Source of the DNA: Candidatus Marinacidobacterales bacterium | Lineage (GTDB): Bacteria; Acidobacteriota; Vicinamibacteria; Marinacidobacterales; SMYC01 | Assembly: GCA_965224085.1 (NCBI GenBank) | Contig: CBDCYI010000004.1 | Location: forward strand, 672,001 to 736,000 | Direction: 5' to 3' | Length of the DNA stretch: 64,000 nt | Shown here: positions 57,166 to 64,000 of the stretch, piece after piece | Numbering within the stretch: position 1 is the stretch's first letter | How the letters are laid out: each line of letters begins with the position of its first letter | Made by a program: the position numbers and the translations under genes | The notes under the pieces: model-generated | What the model saw: only the letters and a program-made list of their open reading frames with translations | What the model was told of the DNA's origin: nothing | Databases searched by the model: none

Positions 57166-60027
57166 ATGGCGACGACGAAAAAAGATATTTCTTTGGTGTT
57201 GGACTCAGAATCGACGGAGCCAAAAACAACTGGATCAAAAACGACTGAAAACAACGTCTCAAACGATATGACCACGAACTCGAACGGTCAGGACACCGTA
57301 AAGAAGCGTTTGAAGGCGCTTCGATTCGAGCGGATCTTCACCGAGAAAAGTGTTTCACCTTACGACGCCATCGAATGGGAAATCCGAGACGCGGTCATCA
57401 CGGACGAAAAAGGCGACATCGTCTTCGAGCAGAAGAACGTCGAAGTCCCGAAGAGCTGGTCGCAAATGGCGACCAACATCGTCGCGTCGAAATATTTTCA
57501 TGGCTCGCTCGAGACGGACGAGCGCGAGTACAGCGCGCGTCAGCTCATCGGGCGCGTCGTCGACACGATGACGCGTTGGGGACAAGAAGGCGGCTATTTC
57601 GCCAGCGAGGATGATACGGAAACGTTCCGCGACGAGCTCACATTCCTGCTCTTGAACCAGCACGCCTCGTTCAACTCCCCCGTGTGGTTCAACTGCGGCA
57701 TCGAAGCAAAGCCCCAATGCTCCGCGTGCTTCATCAACTCCGTCGACGACACGATGCACTCCATCCTGAACCTCGCGAAAACAGAGGGTATGCTCTTCAA
57801 ATGGGGCTCGGGAACGGGCTCGAATCTCTCGACCATTCGAAGCTCCAAAGAAAACCTCTCGGGCGGCGGCATCGCTAGCGGCCCGGTCTCCTTCATGAAA
57901 GGCTATGACGCTTTCGCCGGCGTCATCCGGAGCGGCGGCAAGACGCGGCGCGCGGCAAAGATGGTGATCTTGAACGTCGACCATCCGGACATCATGGAGT
58001 TCATCGAGTGCAAGCTCCGTGAAGAGCACAAGGCCTGGACTTTGATCGATGCGGGTTATGACGGTTCGTTCAACGGTGAAGCCTACGCGTCGGTCTTCTA
58101 CCAGAACGCCAATCACAGCGTGCGTGTGACCGACGATTTCATGCAAGCTGTCGAGCAGGACAACGAATGGTCGACACGATCCGTAAAAACGGGTGAAACT
58201 CACAGCACCTATCGCGCGCGAGACGTACTTCACAAAATCGCCGAATCCACGTACGTCTGCGGGGATCCAGGCATGCAGTACGACACCACCATCAACCGGT
58301 GGCACACGTCGAAGAATACCGGACGCATCAACGCTTCCAATCCTTGCTCTGAGTACATGTATCTCGACGATAGCGCGTGCAATCTCGCGTCCCTGAACCT
58401 CATGAAGTTCGTGACCTCCGAGGGCGGACTGTTTGACGTCCAAGCGTTCCGAAAGGCGGTCGATGTCGTCATCAGCGCGATGGAGATCATCGTCAGCAAT
58501 GCGAGCTACCCCACACCGACGATCGGCCGCAATTCGCAAGACTATCGGCCTCTCGGGATTGGCTATGCCAACCTCGGCGCTCTTTTGATGTATCAGGGTA
58601 TTCCGTACGACCACGACAAGGGCCGTGACACCGCCGCCGCCATAACGGCGGTGATGACGGGACAGGCCTATCGTCAGTCTTCACTCATCGCCGCCAATCT
58701 CGGCCCGTTCGAAGGCTACAGCGAAAACCGCGAGTGCATGAACAAGGTCATGAGGATGCACCGGGACGCGGTCGAGGCCATCGATCCCGGGCGCGTCGAG
58801 CCGGATCTCTACCGCGCCGCCGTCGATACGTGGACCGAGGCGGTGCAGTTCGGCGAAGAGCACGGTCACCGGAACGGACAAGCTTCCGTCCTTGCTCCGA
58901 CCGGCACGATCGGACTTGTGATGGATTGCGATACGACAGGCGTCGAGCCGGATCTCGCGCTCGTCAAGTACAAGAAGCTCGTCGGCGGCGGGCTGATGAA
59001 GATCGTCAATCAGACGGTGCCTTCGGCACTGGCGCGGCTCGGCTATCGGGAAAACGAAGCCGACGCGATCGTAGACTACGTCCACCAGAACGGATTCATC
59101 GAGGGTGCGCCGCTCTTACGCGATGAGCACCTGCCGGTTTTCGACTGCGCGGTACAGTCGCCCGGCGGCAAACGCTCTATCCACTTTATGGGCCACGTCA
59201 AGATGATGTCGGCCGTTCAGCCGTTTCTCTCGGGCGCGATCTCGAAGACGGTCAACATGCCGAAAGAGTCCACTATCGACGAAATCATGCAGACGTATCT
59301 CGAGGCGTGGAAGCTCGGCTTGAAATCAATCGCCATTTATAGGGACAGCAGCAAGCGGACGCAGCCCTTGAACACTTCGGGCCAAGCCACCATGCCGGGC
59401 GGCGTCCCTCAGGCCGCACGACCCGTGCAGCGCAAGCTTCCCGTCGAGCGACAGGCCATTACGCACAAGTTCAGCATTGCGGGGCACGAGGGCTACATCA
59501 CGGTCGGCATGTACGACGACGGCTCGCCAGGCGAGATCTTCATCAACATGTCGAAGGAAGGGTCGGCAGTGTCCGGCTTGATGGACGCTTTCGCCCGCGC
59601 CATCTCCTATGCGCTCCAATACGGTGTGCCGCTGGAAGTGCTCGTCGACAAGTTCGCTCATACGCGTTTCGAGCCCTCGGGATTCACCGGCAACGATCAA
59701 ATCCCCTACGCGAAGTCCATTACGGATTATCTCTTCCGGTGGCTGGCGTCGAAGTTCTATTCGCCGGATAAGCTCGCACAAGCCGGCGTTGTCGAGGAGA
59801 CCCGTACGATCGCGAATGGAGGCCCGCTTAATCCCAGTCCCGCTTCGGAGCCGGCCGCCGCCCCTACCGCGAAACCGGAGTCGGAATCGGGAGCCCATGA
59901 TTCAATGCCTTCGATGCCGCCTTTGTTCGAGGATGCGCCGCCGTGCTCCACTTGTGGCTCGATCATGGTACGCAACGGAAGCTGCTACAAGTGCCTCAAC
60001 TGCGGGACGACCAGCGGCTGCTCGTAA
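57166..60027 (+). CDS. nrdJ: Class II (adenosylcobalamin-dependent) ribonucleotide reductase with TSCPD and Zn-ribbon C-terminus
   Basis: FNSPVWFN, QCSACFI, NPCSE, ACNLASLN, APTGTI, C-terminal CSTCG..CYKCLNCGTTSGCS. Confidence 0.95.
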   Translation: MATTKKDISLVLDSESTEPKTTGSKTTENNVSNDMTTNSNGQDTVKKRLKALRFERIFTEKSVSPYDAIEWEIRDAVITDEKGDIVFEQKNVEVPKSWSQMATNIVASKYFHGSLETDEREYSARQLIGRVVDTMTRWGQEGGYFASEDDTETFRDELTFLLLNQHASFNSPVWFNCGIEAKPQCSACFINSVDDTMHSILNLAKTEGMLFKWGSGTGSNLSTIRSSKENLSGGGIASGPVSFMKGYDAFAGVIRSGGKTRRAAKMVILNVDHPDIMEFIECKLREEHKAWTLIDAGYDGSFNGEAYASVFYQNANHSVRVTDDFMQAVEQDNEWSTRSVKTGETHSTYRARDVLHKIAESTYVCGDPGMQYDTTINRWHTSKNTGRINASNPCSEYMYLDDSACNLASLNLMKFVTSEGGLFDVQAFRKAVDVVISAMEIIVSNASYPTPTIGRNSQDYRPLGIGYANLGALLMYQGIPYDHDKGRDTAAAITAVMTGQAYRQSSLIAANLGPFEGYSENRECMNKVMRMHRDAVEAIDPGRVEPDLYRAAVDTWTEAVQFGEEHGHRNGQASVLAPTGTIGLVMDCDTTGVEPDLALVKYKKLVGGGLMKIVNQTVPSALARLGYRENEADAIVDYVHQNGFIEGAPLLRDEHLPVFDCAVQSPGGKRSIHFMGHVKMMSAVQPFLSGAISKTVNMPKESTIDEIMQTYLEAWKLGLKSIAIYRDSSKRTQPLNTSGQATMPGGVPQAARPVQRKLPVERQAITHKFSIAGHEGYITVGMYDDGSPGEIFINMSKEGSAVSGLMDAFARAISYALQYGVPLEVLVDKFAHTRFEPSGFTGNDQIPYAKSITDYLFRWLASKFYSPDKLAQAGVVEETRTIANGGPLNPSPASEPAAAPTAKPESESGAHDSMPSMPPLFEDAPPCSTCGSIMVRNGSCYKCLNCGTTSGCS

Positions 60028-60090
60028 AGAACCTCCGAAAGCCGTACGTTCGTCTCGCGAGCCGAGTTCTGAGATAAACTCTCGCGAGCC

Positions 60091-61131
60091 ATGACGACAG
60101 CCTACGATTTTGAGTCACTGCCACGCGAGCTCGACTGTCTTGCCATCGATCCCGCACCCCTCACGCCCACGGACGACGAGCTTTTGCGCATGTACCGAGC
60201 CATGCGGCTCGCACGCATTTTCGAGACGCGGCTGGCCTCCTTGTACCGCCAAGGCAAGATCATCGGCGCCGTCTATCTAGGCACCGGACAAGAGGCCATC
60301 GCGACGGGCGTGGCTTCGTTGATGGACAGCGACGACATCGTCAGCACCGTCTCGCGCAGCTTGGCGGCCTGGTTTTACCGCGGAGTGGAGCCGAAGCACG
60401 TCGTCGCCCGCTGGTTCGGCAAAGACGTGCCGCCATCGCACGGCCGCGACTTGGGCCTGTTCCTCGCCGACCTTGAAACCTACGGCATCGCGCCCTATCA
60501 CAACGGCTCGATGGCCTCCTGGATCCCGTCCGGGGCCGGCTTCGCTTTGGCGTTCAAGATGAAACGCCAGCCGAACGTCTACATCGCCTTCACGGGGGAT
60601 GGCGCAACGAGCCCGGGCGATTTCTACGAAGGACTGAATCTCGCATCGATTCACAAACTGCCGCTCGTCGTCATCATCGAGAACAATCAGTTCGCCTATT
60701 CCACCCCGATCCACAAGCAGATGCCCGTCAAGCGCGTTTCGGACCGCGGCCCCGCATTCAACCTGTACACGGACGTCGCTTTCGGAAACGACGTCTTCAA
60801 CGTCATCCGGCACGCGAAAAAGGCGATCTCCCACGCCCGCAGCGGCCAGGGCCCAGCTCTTTTGGAGTTTCTCACTTTCCGCCGGCGCGGCCACGGCGAG
60901 CATGATGACGCGTCCTATGTCTCGCAAAAGGCCCGAGACTACTGGGAGGCACGCGACCCCATCAAGCTGTACGAAGAATACCTTCTCGGTAAAGGCGGTC
61001 TGACGCGGGCGGCGCTCGAGACCGTCGAAACCGAGTGCACCGTCATCGTCGACGATGCGGTCCGCTATGCCGATTCTTTGCCTTTTCCTAAGCCGGAGTC
61101 TGCGACGACTCGGTTGTTCGCGCCGCGATAG
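60091..61131 (+). CDS. TPP-dependent dehydrogenase E1 alpha subunit
   Basis: GQEA, GDGATS..ENNQFAYS (GDG..NN), RRRGHGEHDD, RDPI. Confidence 0.88.
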   Translation: MTTAYDFESLPRELDCLAIDPAPLTPTDDELLRMYRAMRLARIFETRLASLYRQGKIIGAVYLGTGQEAIATGVASLMDSDDIVSTVSRSLAAWFYRGVEPKHVVARWFGKDVPPSHGRDLGLFLADLETYGIAPYHNGSMASWIPSGAGFALAFKMKRQPNVYIAFTGDGATSPGDFYEGLNLASIHKLPLVVIIENNQFAYSTPIHKQMPVKRVSDRGPAFNLYTDVAFGNDVFNVIRHAKKAISHARSGQGPALLEFLTFRRRGHGEHDDASYVSQKARDYWEARDPIKLYEEYLLGKGGLTRAALETVETECTVIVDDAVRYADSLPFPKPESATTRLFAPR

Positions 61132-62417
61132 CTGCCGAGCAAAGCGAGCGCCAACTCGTCGGTCACTTCGTGGACCGTGACGCGGCGAAACGTGTTGCGA
61201 AGAGGCTCTTTTGAGTAGGCGCCCACACGGAGGTAGTTGCTCGTGAGCCCGGTCCAAAGGCCACTCGCGTCCTGCTGCTCGAACAGCACCTCGACGTCCT
61301 CTCCAAGATAGCGGCTCGCGAAGGCCCGCCGTTTCGCGAGAGAGAGCTCCCGGAGCGCCTGACTTCGCGCCTTGATCACATCTGGCCGTATATGTCCGTC
61401 GAGACGGGCGGCCTTCGTACCGTAGCGCTTCGAATAGCTGAAGACGTGGAAATAAGCGAACGGCAGTGCTTCGAGATAGCGATAAGTCTCCTCGAACATC
61501 GCATCCGTTTCTCCCGGGAAGCCGACAATGATGTCGGTACCGAGCCCTATATCTGGAACGGTCGCGGCGACGAAGTCGACGAATTCTTTGTATTCCTCAG
61601 GCGTGTAGCGGCGGTTCATCCTCTCGAGAACGGGCGCTTGCGCGCTCTGGATGGGGACATGCAGATATTCGCAGAGCTTGTCCGAGCGCGCCATGTGCTC
61701 GACGAGCGATCGCTCGATCGTCGTGGGCTCGATCGAGGTGATCCGAATGCGCTTCAGCTCCTCGATCTCCTCGAGTTTTTGGATCATATCCGCGAAGCTC
61801 GTCCCCGCCTGGTGATAGCGGCCGATATTCACACCGGTAAGAACGAGCTCTTGATAGCCGCGTGCGGCGAGCTCCCGTGCCTCCCTGAGGAGATCGGCCA
61901 GATCGCGGCTTCGCTCGCGACCTCGAGTGAACGGAATGATGCAAAACGAGCAGAAAAAGTCGCACCCATCCTGTACTTTCAGATTTGCGCGCGTCGTGTG
62001 ATAGACGCCAGTCCCAGGAACTTCGAAATCTCCATCATTAATCAGGTTCGAATGAAGCACGACTGGATCTCTGAGCTTGCGCGGATTCTCGATGAAACTC
62101 GGGAACTTGTACTTGTACTCGGTGCCCACAATCATGTCGATGCCGTCGATCGCGCGCAACGCCTCGAGCCCCACCTGCGCATAGCAGCCCGTCACGACCA
62201 CGAAAGCCTCGGGCTGACGACGTAGCGCTTGGCGAATGGCGCTTCGACATGCAGCCTCGCCCCGCTCGGTGACAGAGCACGTATTGATGACGACGACGTC
62301 CGCCCGCTCGCCCCATTCGACGACGTCATAGCCTTTGTCTTGAAACGCACCCGCGAGTGACGCCGCTTCGGTTTGATTCAATCGACAGCCAAGCGAATGA
62401 AACGATGCCGTGGACAC
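61065..62417 (-). CDS. mtaB: tRNA t6A37 methylthiotransferase MtaB
   Basis: LGCRLNQTE, NTCSVT, TGCYAQ, QDGCDFFCSFCIIP, DIIVGFPGET, HVFSYS. Confidence 0.93.
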   Translation of the reverse strand: MSTASFHSLGCRLNQTEAASLAGAFQDKGYDVVEWGERADVVVINTCSVTERGEAACRSAIRQALRRQPEAFVVVTGCYAQVGLEALRAIDGIDMIVGTEYKYKFPSFIENPRKLRDPVVLHSNLINDGDFEVPGTGVYHTTRANLKVQDGCDFFCSFCIIPFTRGRERSRDLADLLREARELAARGYQELVLTGVNIGRYHQAGTSFADMIQKLEEIEELKRIRITSIEPTTIERSLVEHMARSDKLCEYLHVPIQSAQAPVLERMNRRYTPEEYKEFVDFVAATVPDIGLGTDIIVGFPGETDAMFEETYRYLEALPFAYFHVFSYSKRYGTKAARLDGHIRPDVIKARSQALRELSLAKRRAFASRYLGEDVEVLFEQQDASGLWTGLTSNYLRVGAYSKEPLRNTFRRVTVHEVTDELALALLGSYRGANNRVVADSGLGKGKESA

Positions 62418-62475
62418 CCTATCTCCTTGAAACGAAAAGTATACCGCGCAGCTTCCAATGCCCGCAATCCGAGTG

Positions 62476-62537
62476 GCTACCCGTTCCCGCTACCTGGCAA
62501 GCGTAGACACGGAAGCAGGTAACTGGAAGCAAGTAGC
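62476..62537. repeat. Inverted arrays of degenerate heptamers (same family as 14691-14785)
   Basis: GCTACCC-GTTCCC-GCTACCT, then CGGAAGC-AGGTAAC-TGGAAGC-AAGTAGC. Confidence 0.55.
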
Positions 62538-62552
62538 AACCTGGATCGCGGT

Positions 62553-62758
62553 TTAGGGCCGCCCAGCGCCAGATCCTGTCAGAGCATCGACCAAGACTTC
62601 CGCTTGCTTGACACTGGGCTCGCCCTGCGCCCGCCGCACGAGCGCCAACAGAATGTGGCATCGCTCGCACGCCTCGACATGCTCATGCACGAGGAATCCC
62701 GGCATACCGCCCTGCAATAAAGCCGCAAGCTCGAGCGCAGTGTAATGCGAGACTCCAT
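62553..62758 (-). pseudogene. Small zf-HC2 (anti-sigma zinc-finger-like) ORF with frameshift right after the start
   Basis: RBS AGGAGAG + ATG at 62758, but HYTALELAALLQG..HVEACERC (HxxxCxxC) is one base out of frame. Confidence 0.45.
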
Positions 62759-62815
62759 AAGCGGTACTCTCCTGTATCCTCAACGGATAGACGAACGAAT
62801 CCGGCTCTTTCTCGG

Positions 62816-64000
62816 CTAGAGGTTCGGATTTTTCATGATTTTTCGGATTTCGTCCTGATCCGCGGACGCTGGAAGACCCCATCCCTCCTGGTAGCCGAAA
62901 TGCTCGCGCACGCTCTTCGTCCGGAGGCGGTCGTCGACGATGTCGAGCTGGTTGGTGGTGACGAAGGACGGGTGGGGATGACCGCACGCTCTCGATAGCA
63001 AAAGAATCTCCTTTCTGAGCGTCACGAGATAGTTGGCAAGCCTCGCGCCCTTCGAGTGGGCATCGAGCCCCCGTATGAGCCAGGCGCTCTGCGTTGCCAC
63101 CCCCGTCGGACAATGTCCCGTGTGGCAACGCTGGGCCTGGATGCAGCCGACAGCGAGCATGGCCTCCCGCGCCACCTGGACCATGTCGCAGCCGAGCGCG
63201 AAAGCGAAAAGCGACGACTCGGGAAACCCGAGGCGGCCCGAGCCGATGAACAAGATCTTCTCGGCGATCGAAGCCTCCTTAAAAACGCGATAGACCTCGG
63301 CGAAGGCGACTTTGAACGGCAGCGCGACATGGTCGGCGAAGACGAGCGGGGCCGCGCCCGTGCCGCCTTCACCGCCATCGACCGTCACGAAGTCGACTCC
63401 CCGCTCCGTTGAATCCATTTGATAAGCGAGACGCGTCCAAAAGGTCGTGTCGCCCACAGCCGATTTGATACCCACGGGAAGCCCGGTAGCCTCCGCGAGC
63501 TTTTCGACGAAGTCGAGCAGCTCGTCCTCATCGCGGAACGTCGTATGGCACGAGGGACTCACGCAGTCCTTCCCCATCGGGATCCCGCGAATCGCTGCGA
63601 TCTCCGGCGTCACCTTCGCGGCCGGAAGAACACCGCCCATCCCGGGCTTCGCGCCTTGACTGAGCTTGATCTCGATCGCACGAACGTCGTGGCGGTCCAC
63701 CGTCTCGCGGAAACGCGACATGTCGAAACCACCATTCGCCGCACGGCAGCCGAAATAGCCCGACCCAATTTGCCAGATGAGAGCGCCGCCGTGATCGTGA
63801 TGGGGCGCGATCCCGCCTTCTCCGGTGTTGTGCAAGCAACCCGCGAGCGCCGCGCCACGGTTCATCGCCTCGACGGCCCGCGCGCCCAACGAGCCGAAAC
63901 TCATTCCCGAAATGTTGACGACCGAGTCGGGTCGAAACGCCTTCGCCCGCTCGCGAGCTCCGCCGAGGATTTTGGCCGCAGGCAATGCATAGGTCTCCGA
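62816..64000 (-). CDS. FMN-binding glutamate synthase family protein (5' end outside window)
   Basis: NISGMSFGSL, HNTGEGG, EIKLSQGAKPG, DGGEGGTGAAP, GCIQAQRCHTGHCPTGVATQ. Confidence 0.92.
   Translation of the reverse strand, partial: SETYALPAAKILGGARERAKAFRPDSVVNISGMSFGSLGARAVEAMNRGAALAGCLHNTGEGGIAPHHDHGGALIWQIGSGYFGCRAANGGFDMSRFRETVDRHDVRAIEIKLSQGAKPGMGGVLPAAKVTPEIAAIRGIPMGKDCVSPSCHTTFRDEDELLDFVEKLAEATGLPVGIKSAVGDTTFWTRLAYQMDSTERGVDFVTVDGGEGGTGAAPLVFADHVALPFKVAFAEVYRVFKEASIAEKILFIGSGRLGFPESSLFAFALGCDMVQVAREAMLAVGCIQAQRCHTGHCPTGVATQSAWLIRGLDAHSKGARLANYLVTLRKEILLLSRACGHPHPSFVTTNQLDIVDDRLRTKSVREHFGYQEGWGLPASADQDEIRKIMKNPNL

Noticed and set aside
1-64000. Very frequent CTCGAG/GAGCTC/TCGA words
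   Set aside because: Plausibly explained by CTC, GAG, GTC and ATC codon preference; cannot be shown to exceed codon-based expectation without computation.

Overview
GC-rich bacterial chromosomal window. The gene content suggests Acidobacteriota (inference only): DUF4388 proteins, a FecR-like exported protein, hspR inside the dnaK operon, and a HlyD/ABC/sigma54 cassette. It holds an intact housekeeping backbone (mltB, apaG, PBP1A, lon, two J-proteins, ddl, prfB with its programmed +1 frameshift, greA, rarA, dnaK-dnaJ-hspR, sppA, nrdJ with tandem NrdR boxes, mtaB) mixed with decayed accessory genes. The decay includes deletion chimeras (histidine kinase/MMPL/LolA-like, two S9 peptidase relics, amidohydrolase/GNAT), single-base frameshifts, and three mobile elements: a tnpA-only IS200/IS605 element, an ISNCY/IS5-like IS splitting an APC permease, and a 189-bp TTAA-flanked MITE splitting a DUF4388 gene. 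The best candidate for an undescribed system is the co-oriented block dnaK-dnaJ-hspR-(DnaC/DnaI-like ATPase)-(catalytically degenerate CHAT + NACHT + HEAT-like NLR-type protein)-(GNAT relic). Other notable non-coding signals are a HAIR-like operator overlapping both the dnaK and lon promoters, a DnaA-box cluster with no dnaA in the window, and two intergenic inverted heptamer-repeat elements. No CRISPR array, rRNA or tRNA was seen. All family assignments come from motif recognition by eye, not database searches.
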